From the IMG/VR virus record IMGVR_UViG_2675903658_000001: DNA of 14,641 bases; one strand, written 5' to 3'. Under the pieces are notes generated by a model. The model was given only the letters and a program-made list of their open reading frames with translations, did no database searches and had not been told where the DNA came from. The first letter of the stretch is position 1, and each line of letters begins with the position of its first letter. A program made the translations under genes and the position numbers. The stretch is from a virus (Duplodnaviria; Heunggongvirae; Uroviricota; Caudoviricetes). Of the stretch, positions 5,800 through 13,795 are shown piece after piece.

Positions 5800-8375
5800 C
5801 CACCGCTCCCTGATAACATACCGCCATCACGCAACTGCAGCCGGAGTTCATCCTGTGCCCCCTTGCGGGCCATCTCATACACCGCTTTCATCAGCTGCGG
5901 CCCTGCCCGCCCGTTGGGGCCGTCGTTCTGAATCACCACGTGATTGTTCTGATTAAAATTAATGCCTTCCGCCCGCCGCATCTGCGCCGGACTTCCGGCA
6001 CCGCCGACATAACCACCTTCCGCATAGCCCCGCATCAGGCGGTACAGATTGCCGACACCAATCCGGCTGGTCGCCTCCTTCGTGAAGACAAACTCCCCGC
6101 GATGAACAATCCCCGCAGGTTCATATTTACCCCCCGTCCCCGTAAATCCCCCGGTCGCGAAATGGAAGTTCGCCGCCGCAGCCTGAATGGCCGTCCCCGT
6201 GGAGGCAGACGCACCACCACCGAAAGCACCGCCAATGGCGCTGCCGATACTCCCGACTATCCCCACCATCGCCTGCTTCAGAAAAATCTCTGTCAGCATG
6301 GACAGCACAGAACGGGTGAAACCACGCCAGTTCTGTTCGCTGCCGGTCAGCATCGCTGCCATATTCTGTGCAATACCGTCAAAGGTCTGCGTGGCAGCAC
6401 TTTTTACCTGCGACATACTGTCCGTGGCACTCTCTTCCCACTCACTCCAGCCGGACCTGAGGCCTGCCATCCAGTTCCCGCGAAGCAGGTCTTCAGCCGC
6501 CCAGGTCTTTTTCTGCTCTGACATGACGTTATTCAGCGCCAGCGGATTATCGCCATACTGTTCCTTCAGGCGCTGTTCTGTGGCTTCCCGTTCTGCCTGC
6601 CGGTCAGTCAGCCCCCGGCTTTTCGCATCAATGGCGGCCCGTTTTGCCCGTTGCTGCTGTGCGAATTTATCCGCCTGCTGCGCCAGCGCGTTCAGGCGCT
6701 CCTGATACGTAACCTTGTCGCCAAGTGCAGCCAGCTGGCGTTTGTACTCCAGCGTCTCATCTTTATGCGCCAGCAGGGATTTCTCCTGTGCAGACAGCTG
6801 GCGACGTTGCGCCGCCTCCTCCAGTACCGCGAACTGACTCTCCGCCTTCCACAAATCCCGGCGCTGCTGGCTGATTTTCTCATTCGCTCCGGCATGCTTC
6901 TCCAGCGTCCGGAGTTCTGCCTGAAGCGTCAGCAGGGCAGCATGAGCACTGTCTTCCTGACGATCGCCCGCAGACACCTTCACGCCGGACTGTTTCGGCT
7001 TTTTCAGCGTCGCTTCATAGTCCTTTTTCGCCGCCGCCATCAGCGTGTTGTAATCCGCCTGCAGGATTTTCCCGTCTTTCAGGGCCTTATTCAGCTCTTC
7101 CTGCCGGTCAGTATATTTCTCCAGTGGCGTCAGCAGACGCTCATACGCCTTCTGCGCCTCTCCGGTATACTTCAGCTGTGACGCCTCACGCTCAGCCCGG
7201 TCCCTTGCCGCCAGTTCACCGGCTTTTTCCATATCCGACTGCAGCGTGGCCGCTGCCAGACCCAGACGGGCATTTTCCCGGTCATCCCATGCCCCCTGAA
7301 GGTTCGCACGAAAAGAGGAGGTCTTTCCCCGGCGCTGGCTCCGGCTCTGGTACCACTGCCATTTTTTATCCGCCTCATCAAATGCCTTCTGCGCACTGGC
7401 GAGCATATCCGCTGAGGATTCCGGACGACCGATATCCAGAATGGCATCCCACATCGATTTGAATGCCTTCCCTGTTTTATCCGCCCAGGTCTCCAGTGTT
7501 CCCATGTTTTCTTTCAGGCGACGGGTCTGCTCATCAAAGCCTTTCGTGGCGATATCGTTCGCCGCCTGTAAGGCTCCGGCCTCGTCTCCGGAACGCTGCA
7601 GTTGTGCAACATACGCAATCTGCTCTGCCGTCACGTTACGAAACTGGCGCGCCATCGCCATCAGTCCCGACGTCGGGTCAGTGGTCAGCTTCCCGAAGGC
7701 TTCAGCGACTTTATCCACCTCCACACCGGATGCAGACGCAAAACGCGCGACACTCTGGTTGATGGCATCAAACTGTTCACCACCACGCACACCGGCATTC
7801 ACCAGGGCTGCCAGTGACTCTCTCGCCTGGTTAAACGTCAGCCCTGCTGCCTGCCCGGCTCTTGAGAGAGTCAGCATACGATCGGCAGTCAGTCCGGACT
7901 GATTACCGGAAAGAACCAGGGTTTTATTAAACGCTGAAAGCGTGGAATCTCCCTGGTACCAGGCGTACACCAGCGCACCTGTCGCCACCGCCAGCGAGGT
8001 GACCCCGACCATCGGCAGGGTGATCGCACCGGCAAGCCCCCTGAACATGGGGATCATCCCGCCGAAGGAGTCCTTCACCTGACCGCCCTGTTGCAGCAGG
8101 ATCAGCCAGGGATTCTGACCACCGGCAAGCTGCGTGGCGATATCCGTAAACTGTGCGGGCAGGGTTCGCATGGCCGCTTTATACTGCCCGACGGAAATCC
8201 CTGCTTTTTGTGCAGCCAGCGCCTGGCGGCTCAGGCCCTGTTCAACAGCACTGGCGGTTTTTCTGGCGTCGGTATCCAGACCTGAAAAATGACGCCTTAC
8301 CCGGCTCATCTGCTCATCGAAACGGACAGCATCCAGACTAAGGTCAATAACAAGATCACCAACCGGCTGGGACAT
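5796..8375 (-). CDS. H: Tail tape measure protein H
   Basis: 859-aa ORF, MSQPVGDLVIDLSLDAVRFDEQMSRVRRHFSG..., lambda H-like (about 853 aa in lambda). RBS GGGAGG 8 nt upstream. Gly-rich hydrophobic C-terminal segment. Confidence 0.95.
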   Translation of the reverse strand: MSQPVGDLVIDLSLDAVRFDEQMSRVRRHFSGLDTDARKTASAVEQGLSRQALAAQKAGISVGQYKAAMRTLPAQFTDIATQLAGGQNPWLILLQQGGQVKDSFGGMIPMFRGLAGAITLPMVGVTSLAVATGALVYAWYQGDSTLSAFNKTLVLSGNQSGLTADRMLTLSRAGQAAGLTFNQARESLAALVNAGVRGGEQFDAINQSVARFASASGVEVDKVAEAFGKLTTDPTSGLMAMARQFRNVTAEQIAYVAQLQRSGDEAGALQAANDIATKGFDEQTRRLKENMGTLETWADKTGKAFKSMWDAILDIGRPESSADMLASAQKAFDEADKKWQWYQSRSQRRGKTSSFRANLQGAWDDRENARLGLAAATLQSDMEKAGELAARDRAEREASQLKYTGEAQKAYERLLTPLEKYTDRQEELNKALKDGKILQADYNTLMAAAKKDYEATLKKPKQSGVKVSAGDRQEDSAHAALLTLQAELRTLEKHAGANEKISQQRRDLWKAESQFAVLEEAAQRRQLSAQEKSLLAHKDETLEYKRQLAALGDKVTYQERLNALAQQADKFAQQQRAKRAAIDAKSRGLTDRQAEREATEQRLKEQYGDNPLALNNVMSEQKKTWAAEDLLRGNWMAGLRSGWSEWEESATDSMSQVKSAATQTFDGIAQNMAAMLTGSEQNWRGFTRSVLSMLTEIFLKQAMVGIVGSIGSAIGGAFGGGASASTGTAIQAAAANFHFATGGFTGTGGKYEPAGIVHRGEFVFTKEATSRIGVGNLYRLMRGYAEGGYVGGAGSPAQMRRAEGINFNQNNHVVIQNDGPNGRAGPQLMKAVYEMARKGAQDELRLQLRDGGMLSGSGG

Positions 8376-9227
8376 ATCTCACACCTCCCGGAATCCCCGC
8401 TGAAGCCATCATTAATGCGGCATCATCCACCATGACATCCGCCACATCCGCAGACGATAAAATATCGCGCCCTCCGTCCCCACCGAACCGGACGCCTCCG
8501 GCAAGTCCTGCCGCTTTCTGCATCAGCATTTTGTCCTCATCCGGCCTCTCCACCTGCTCTTCCTCATGCCGGGGGACAAGCAGACTGAAATCAGAGGGAT
8601 GCATATCCGGATCGCAAAAAAACAGGCTGAGTACAGCGTACGTCAGCCCGGAAAAATGCATATCCAGCTGGGTATCCTGAAAATAATGCGTGCGGTAAAA
8701 ACGGTGCCAGTCGGCATATTCGGTGGATGTCATCCCGGCAAGCATGGCGCGCCAGTCGGGTCTCCCCATCTCACGCGCCAGTCTGAGGGCAAAGTTCAGC
8801 TCGCCGTCGAAGACTTTCCCGCAGAAAAATCATCATCAGTCAGCGTGTTATTTTTCGCCACTTCAGTAATATCAGTATCCGGACGAACAGCTTCGATCAT
8901 CCCGGACAGGCACAACACCACGTCTTCCGCCCGGGCAATGGCATCGGCAGGCCAGGTGGTGAGCACTTCCTGCTCTATCTTCATCACGGCCTCATTCATT
9001 GACGGTGACTGCGTTTTCTGTGGATGGTTATGCCACAGGGACATCGCCACCAGAAACGCGCCGGTTCTGACGAGATCTTCCACACTTACCTGCAGGTTGC
9101 CGCTGGATTCTGCCTGTTCTGCACGCCGTTTCAGGAGGGCAAGATGCTCGATACGCTGCAGCGCAGACAATTCGGAAAGCGTGACAGACACACCGTTATA
9201 TTCAAATTGTTCTGTTTTCAGAAACAT
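8356..9227 (-). CDS. T: Tail assembly chaperone G-T fusion made by programmed -1 ribosomal frameshift (G frame to about 8814, then the T frame to the stop at 8356)
   Basis: The T-frame ORF (8356..8769, MGRPDWRAMLAGMTSTEYADWHRFY...) has no independent start context. It is open upstream into G, and the slippery heptamer sits at the junction. The post-shift reading VFDGELNFALRLAREMGRPDW matches the lambda gpGT junction. Confidence 0.85.
8796..9227 (-). CDS. G: Tail assembly chaperone G
   Basis: 143-aa ORF, MFLKTEQFEYNGVSVTLSELSALQRIEHLALLKRRAEQAES..., lambda G-like. RBS GGAGG 7 nt upstream. Confidence 0.93.
   Translation of the reverse strand: MFLKTEQFEYNGVSVTLSELSALQRIEHLALLKRRAEQAESSGNLQVSVEDLVRTGAFLVAMSLWHNHPQKTQSPSMNEAVMKIEQEVLTTWPADAIARAEDVVLCLSGMIEAVRPDTDITEVAKNNTLTDDDFSAGKSSTAS
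8814..8820 (-). other. -1 frameshift slippery heptamer G GGA AAG
   Basis: Plus strand ctttccc at 8814-8820 is the reverse complement of GGGAAAG, in the G frame as GCG GGA AAG, 7 codons before the G stop. This is the lambda G-T slippery sequence. Confidence 0.85.
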
Positions 9228-9240
9228 GTATTACCTCCGT

Positions 9241-9993
9241 TTACCCTGCAGCGCCCGCTTCAGTAACGGTGACTTCAGCCACTGCGGCGAACTGACCATT
9301 TCCGCTCACCACAGGGATCTGCACCTTACCTGTCGCCACGCCGTTTACCGTAATTGTCATATCTTTCACACTAATGGTGGCTTTCGACGGATCGGCGGAA
9401 ACCGCTCTGAACGTCTTGTCGGTTGCACTTTCCGGCTCAAAAGAAACCGTCAGGGTGGTTGTTTTCCCTTTTGCCACCGTACCGGATGTCGGCGTCACCT
9501 TAATCGCACTGACCGGCGTAATTTTGCTGCGTTCTTCCGCTACAGAAGGTTTACCCACGTTAGTGACTTTCACCGTGCGGGTGATCACTTCTTTCGCCGT
9601 CACGGCCTTACCGATACTGCTGACCCAGCCACGAAACACATCCACCGTGCCATTCGGAAAACGGATTTTATAGGCCCGGACATCGCCGCTTTCAAACCAG
9701 CCTATAAGCCCTTTCTGACCTTCCTCTCCCGGTTTCCAGGCCAGCGTAAAACTGGTATCACCTGCAGATTTCTGTCCCTGCCCGGTCGCGGTCCAGTCCG
9801 CGTCTTCATCATCCAGGTAGTTATCATCGTAGGGTTCTGCCGTCATCTCGCCCGGCGTCAGATCCTTCACCTTAGCCAGTCGCTGCCAGTCATCGTCTGA
9901 CAACGGGTTTGCATAAGCATCACCCTTGCCGTTGTAAACCCACAGAGTGGTACCGGCACCTTTTACCGGCTCAAGGGGATTTGGTGTTGCCAT
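9241..9993 (-). CDS. V: Major tail tube protein V with a C-terminal Ig-like domain
   Basis: 250-aa ORF, lambda V-like. RBS GAGGA. The C-terminal ~90 aa are Thr/Val-rich beta-strand sequence typical of the Ig-like decoration domain. Confidence 0.93.
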   Translation of the reverse strand: MATPNPLEPVKGAGTTLWVYNGKGDAYANPLSDDDWQRLAKVKDLTPGEMTAEPYDDNYLDDEDADWTATGQGQKSAGDTSFTLAWKPGEEGQKGLIGWFESGDVRAYKIRFPNGTVDVFRGWVSSIGKAVTAKEVITRTVKVTNVGKPSVAEERSKITPVSAIKVTPTSGTVAKGKTTTLTVSFEPESATDKTFRAVSADPSKATISVKDMTITVNGVATGKVQIPVVSGNGQFAAVAEVTVTEAGAAG

Positions 9994-10000
9994 ATCGTCC

Positions 10001-10396
10001 TCACATCTCGTATGTAATGGAATAAGTCAGATCTGCAGAACTCCATAACGCCATATCGTCATCACGACGATACTCATAGCCCTGCGTAACCATCGTGGTA
10101 ATCAGTCCTGCCAGTGCCGGGATCGCGGTCATCGCCGGGTAAATCCGGCTTTCCATCCACTGATCAAGCTCTGAATCCGGTACCTGTGCCGGTAAAAACA
10201 CCTCAATATGCAGCGTGGCCCGCCAGGTATCTGCATCCAGCTCTTCACCGGTATACTCTGCATCCGTCAGATAAACCGCGATCGCAGGAAAATCCTCTTC
10301 GTCAAAAACAACGGGGCGACCATCAAACAGCGTCGCCCCGTGTTCATGCTGCTCGAGTGCATCCAGCACTGCGGCACGAATGTCAGTGTGTTTCAT
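10001..10396 (-). CDS. U: Tail terminator protein U
   Basis: 131-aa [36 protein letters not shown]..., lambda U-like with the same length. ATGA overlap with the Z stop. Confidence 0.94.
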   Translation of the reverse strand: MKHTDIRAAVLDALEQHEHGATLFDGRPVVFDEEDFPAIAVYLTDAEYTGEELDADTWRATLHIEVFLPAQVPDSELDQWMESRIYPAMTAIPALAGLITTMVTQGYEYRRDDDMALWSSADLTYSITYEM

Positions 10397-10926
10397 CGTT
10401 TTATTGCAATCCTCAGTTGTTGTTTCAGCGCGGATGCCAGTTCTTTGGGCAGGCGTTCACGCCGGATACGGTCAACATTCTCATCAAACGCCTGTTTCAG
10501 TGGGGCCGCCATCGGGATTTTCACCACATCAATGGGGTAACGGTTTTTCCCGGCCACACGCTGCATGACATGCCAGCGACCGTTTTTTAATCGCTGAATG
10601 AATGCCCGCTGATACCGATGCTGACCGGCTTTAAGTATGCTGTTCGGGCGACGGCCCAGCATCCTGATCCCCAGCTTAATCACTGGGAGATCACCGCGGT
10701 TAACGATAATTTTTGCGTTCGGATTTCTGACCGTGGCCCGTTTCAGTCTGGACCGTTCCTTAACCAGTTTCCGGCGTACCTTTGTCTCCCGGGCAACCTG
10801 TGATGAAGACTGATTAATCGCCGTTGTGGCCACGCGGTTAATCGTCATTGCTGAAGCCGCCGGAATGGCGTTTTTACGAACCCGGCTCAGATTGTCAATC
10901 GCCTGATCAAGCCCTTTTATCGCCAT
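10393..10926 (-). CDS. Z: Tail completion protein Z
   Basis: 177-aa ORF, MAIKGLDQAIDNLSRVRKNAIPAASAMTINRVA..., lambda Z-like; the C-terminus ...[22 protein letters not shown] is conserved. Confidence 0.93.
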   Translation of the reverse strand: MAIKGLDQAIDNLSRVRKNAIPAASAMTINRVATTAINQSSSQVARETKVRRKLVKERSRLKRATVRNPNAKIIVNRGDLPVIKLGIRMLGRRPNSILKAGQHRYQRAFIQRLKNGRWHVMQRVAGKNRYPIDVVKIPMAAPLKQAFDENVDRIRRERLPKELASALKQQLRIAIKR

Positions 10927-10941
10927 AATTTCACCCTGCGT

Positions 10942-11295
10942 TTATCGTCGCCGGTTAACTGCGGGTGGTTGCCCACGGTTGAGCCAGAGATAACAGCTGC
11001 CCCCGTCATCCGGAGAAACACGATCCACCCAGAACATCTCGCCGTTAATGGTCAGCGTGTCACCACGCCGCACGGCACGCACCGTATCCGTCCGCACAAA
11101 TAATGACGGGCTGCTTCCTTCAATACGGACCCCGCCACCGGCAAAACCCAGCGACTCCGGATCGTCAAAAACCCCCTGAACTTCGCTTCCACGTTGTGCT
11201 CCGGAGGTGAACTGCGCACAGAGCCCCATCACTTCAACGATCGTGCTGTCCACCCCGGCGAGGGCAGCATCAAAGGCATTCTGAAAATCACGCAT
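10942..11295 (-). CDS. FII: Head-tail joining protein FII
   Basis: 117-aa ORF, MRDFQNAFDAALAGVD...VDRVSPDDGGSCYLWLNRGQPPAVNRRR, lambda FII-like with the same length. Confidence 0.94.
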   Translation of the reverse strand: MRDFQNAFDAALAGVDSTIVEVMGLCAQFTSGAQRGSEVQGVFDDPESLGFAGGGVRIEGSSPSLFVRTDTVRAVRRGDTLTINGEMFWVDRVSPDDGGSCYLWLNRGQPPAVNRRR

Positions 11296-11362
11296 GTTCA
11301 GCCGTTCCGTGCTGTATCATGGCTGTTGCCAGTGGTGATGGCACCATAACACGCATGCCCCG

Positions 11363-11671
11363 TTACGTCAGTTCAACGGGACGGCCTGTCTCCGGGCAAT
11401 ACCCCATTACTTGCAGGCACTTCCGTCCCCGGACGGCTTTAACATCATCCGGAGCATCCGTGTTGTTCAACTGCTCACCATCGTCTGTGTGATTTTGATC
11501 AGCCCCGCTCTCATCAGAGTGCATAATGCCCTCCGGGGAAACAGCAAGCTCCTCTTCCCACTCAGACACACGTTGAGCAATATCCGCAGCACTCCCCGAC
11601 ATATCCGCCTCGCGCCCCAGCAGGCCAGCCAGTTGACGAAGACGATTCAGATTTTCTTCTTTTGTTGCCAT
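11363..11671 (-). CDS. FI: DNA-packaging / head assembly protein FI
   Basis: Start reassigned to the second Met of track ORF 11363..11704 (MATKEENLNRLRQ...), which has a strong SD AGGAGG 5 nt upstream. The upstream ATG lies inside the terminator hairpin loop. Acidic middle region as in lambda FI. Confidence 0.85.
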   Translation of the reverse strand: MATKEENLNRLRQLAGLLGREADMSGSAADIAQRVSEWEEELAVSPEGIMHSDESGADQNHTDDGEQLNNTDAPDDVKAVRGRKCLQVMGYCPETGRPVELT

Positions 11672-11683
11672 CTCAGCCTCCTG

Positions 11684-11716
11684 TGAAAAAAGACACGGGG
11701 GCATTTCGCCCCCGCT
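11684..11716 (-). terminator. Intrinsic-terminator-like hairpin between E and FI (candidate attenuator)
   Basis: On the minus-strand RNA: 7-bp GC stem (11696-11702 / 11708-11714) with a 5-nt loop, then UGUCUUUUUUCA (11695-11684), then the FI SD. Confidence 0.5.
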
Positions 11717-11722
11717 CCCGGA

Positions 11723-12751
11723 TTATTTCACCTGTACCACCACAAACTCATCCGGATCCGGCAGCACCATCAGCGGTGCGGACTGCGTCATGGTGAATTC
11801 ACGGGCCGGATCGCCCACAGTCAGCCAGTGTTTCGGATAACGGGAAGAGGCCACCACACCTTCGGACAACGCCTGCGCATCCTGAATGGCACCATAGCAA
11901 CGAATGCCCTCTGCTGCCGTATTCCCCAGGACCAGTGTGCCCTCCGGCAGATAACGTTTTTCGGTACCGTCCTCTGCCACATAAGACGTTTTCGCCACCA
12001 CAATGGCCAGATCGCCGTAATACCCCTTGAAGGACACCACTGCGCCCAGGTCTTTCACTGCCGTTTCGAGTTGTGAATTTGAGCCGCGACGGGTATCCAG
12101 TTTTTCGCGGAACAGCTTAAAGCCATTCAGCAGACGCCAGACCGTACCGTCCATAATGGCGATATTCACAAGGCCGCTGGCCTGATCGCAGTAGAGGTCA
12201 ATATCATGCGTCGGATCAAACGTATCACGGTCCTGCTCAGACCATTTTTTACCGTCAGCCTGCTCAATGTTATTTCCTTCAGAGCGCCCGAAATCCACCT
12301 CGACAGTATCAAACTGATCCCCTTCCATGGTGTATTTGCCATACAGCACGGCATTCACCGCCTGCATTTCTTCCACCTGGACAATGGCGTGCTCTTCCTG
12401 TTTGAGGTTATCGGTAATGATACGCAGACGACGGTAGGCTGGGTCGTTCAGCTGAGCCGGATCTTCACCAGGAAGGCGCTCAACCGCCTGCTGGTAATTA
12501 AATTCGTGTTTGGGCTTGACGTAGCCCGGACGTAACACGCGGGTTTCACCACCGCGATGGCGAAGCACTTTTCCTTCAACGATCGGGGAGACATAGGCCG
12601 CCACCGGCGTTTTTCCGGTAATTTTGTCCAGCATCACCTCTTCGGTGTGGAAATTCACCGTGCGGCGGAAAAACAGCTCCAGAAACAGCGCACGGAATTT
12701 AACTTTTTGTTCGGTATAACCGAGTAACTGGCGGGTCGTAAACAATCCCAT
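11723..12751 (-). CDS. E: Major capsid protein E
   Basis: 342-aa ORF, MGLFTTRQLLGYTEQKVKFRALFLELFFRR...SAPLMVLPDPDEFVVVQVK, lambda E-like (341 aa in lambda). RBS AGGA 8 nt upstream. Confidence 0.96.
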   Translation of the reverse strand: MGLFTTRQLLGYTEQKVKFRALFLELFFRRTVNFHTEEVMLDKITGKTPVAAYVSPIVEGKVLRHRGGETRVLRPGYVKPKHEFNYQQAVERLPGEDPAQLNDPAYRRLRIITDNLKQEEHAIVQVEEMQAVNAVLYGKYTMEGDQFDTVEVDFGRSEGNNIEQADGKKWSEQDRDTFDPTHDIDLYCDQASGLVNIAIMDGTVWRLLNGFKLFREKLDTRRGSNSQLETAVKDLGAVVSFKGYYGDLAIVVAKTSYVAEDGTEKRYLPEGTLVLGNTAAEGIRCYGAIQDAQALSEGVVASSRYPKHWLTVGDPAREFTMTQSAPLMVLPDPDEFVVVQVK

Positions 12752-12779
12752 AAATCAGTTCCTTTCATTCAGAAATCAG

Positions 12780-12801
12780 TCAGGCCACCATGGTGGCCTG
12801 A
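12780..12801 (-). other. Perfect 22-bp palindrome in the D-E intergenic region (RNA hairpin or protein site)
   Basis: tcaggccaccatggtggcctga equals its own reverse complement; it sits about 28 nt upstream of the E start and 8 nt after the D stop. Confidence 0.5.
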
Positions 12802-12808
12802 TAACGTG

Positions 12809-13156
12809 TTACGGCAGCGCCGCGTGACTCAGGGCTGTACCGGCAAAGGCATTTGCCTTTTTGTGTTCATCCACACTGTCAGGCCAGCGGATTGCCTCCG
12901 TCGCAAAGGTCCCCGACTTGTAATAGGTCAGCACCGTCTCTGTGCCTTCAAGCGGCAGTACCAGTATGCCAACCGCACTACCGGCTTTCTGTCCATCCCA
13001 GACAACCAGTTTCCCGCTGGCTTCATCCAGCATCAGGGGCGTCAGTGCCGGTGTTGCCTGAGAAATCCCGCTGCTGCCTGTGGCGGTATGAGCCGGATCA
13101 TTACCGGCAAAAATACGTACTTCTGCACGTTGTTCAGTGATGGTTTTCGTTACCAT
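12809..13156 (-). CDS. D: Head decoration protein D
   Basis: 115-aa ORF containing NDPAHTATGSSG...TPLMLDEASGKLVVWDG...YKSGTF, lambda D-like. RBS GAGG 8 nt upstream. Confidence 0.93.
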   Translation of the reverse strand: MVTKTITEQRAEVRIFAGNDPAHTATGSSGISQATPALTPLMLDEASGKLVVWDGQKAGSAVGILVLPLEGTETVLTYYKSGTFATEAIRWPDSVDEHKKANAFAGTALSHAALP

Positions 13157-13192
13157 ATTGTTAAAACCTCGTATTGATGTTCAGCACTGACT

Positions 13193-13795
13193 TCATGGCA
13201 TGGCCATGAGCATTTTCACGTCCGCATCACCGTCTTCTGACGTCTGTGACACGCCCCCCTGGACCGCTGCCGGTGAATGGTTCGCCATGAAATGTTCAAA
13301 CAGGGCGGTTGTGGATGCAGAGACCGGTTCTGCTTTATCCGGCGATGAGGACAGAATGTCGCGGGCAGCCTCCACCGTCATTCCGGGAAACGCCGCCAGT
13401 TTTTCAGCCTGCGCCTCAGCCCCTTTTGCCTCATCCAGAGCCATGATCTGATCACGGAGTGAGGGTCCGGCATCCGCCAGTGGTGCAGCCGCCAGGATCG
13501 GGCGGGCTTTTTCCACCGTCATCTCCGGCATCGCCGCCAGCGTTGCCGCCAGTTGTTCACGACCTTTAGCCTCTTCACACGCCATAATGCGATCGGCTTC
13601 ACTCTGCGTGGATGCCACCGGCTGCTGTGGTGCTGCCGCGGTCAGAATCGCCCGGGCCTGTTCAACGCTCATGCCCTGTTGTCCTGCCAGCATCGTGGCA
13701 AGGTGTTCACGTCCTTTCGCTTCCTGACACGTCAGGATCCCCATCACTCGCTGGTTCTCCTGCGCGGCAGCTTCCGTTGCAGTTAATTGCGGCAT
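13193..13795 (-). CDS. Nu3: Nu3-like scaffolding protein, made by in-frame internal initiation within C
   Basis: Internal ATG at 13795-13793 (MPQLTATEAAAQ...) is preceded by a strong SD AGGAGG 4-5 nt upstream, embedded in the C frame. It corresponds in position to lambda Nu3, which is nested in the 3' third of C. It contains three tandem ~48-aa repeats. Confidence 0.65.
   Translation of the reverse strand: MPQLTATEAAAQENQRVMGILTCQEAKGREHLATMLAGQQGMSVEQARAILTAAAPQQPVASTQSEADRIMACEEAKGREQLAATLAAMPEMTVEKARPILAAAPLADAGPSLRDQIMALDEAKGAEAQAEKLAAFPGMTVEAARDILSSSPDKAEPVSASTTALFEHFMANHSPAAVQGGVSQTSEDGDADVKMLMAMP

Noticed and set aside
4616-7181. Several plus-strand ORFs of 170-270 aa (4616..5419, 4956..5489, 5940..6521, 6187..6705, 6651..7181) and similar ones at 1767..2363 and 313..576
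   Set aside because: All lie antisense within L, H or J, have low-complexity Arg/Pro/Ser-rich translations and lack start context. They are not supported as genes.
8356-8769. T as a free-standing 137-aa gene starting at the ATG at 8769
   Set aside because: In lambda-like phages T is made only as the G-T frameshift fusion, and the slippery heptamer and open -1 frame are present here. The Met at 8769 is an internal residue of the fusion.
8566-9900. 444-aa plus-strand ORF, the largest ORF on the plus strand
   Set aside because: It is antisense to G and V, both of which have clear lambda-like products, ribosome-binding sites and operon context. The ORF is Arg/Cys/His-rich with no SD and is a typical antisense artefact of GC-rich coding sequence.
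11672-11704. 11-codon N-terminal extension of FI (MPPCLFSQEAE) in the track ORF
   Set aside because: That ATG sits in the loop of the E-FI terminator hairpin with no SD, whereas the downstream ATG at 11671 has AGGAGG at ideal spacing and the lambda-like start MATKEEN.
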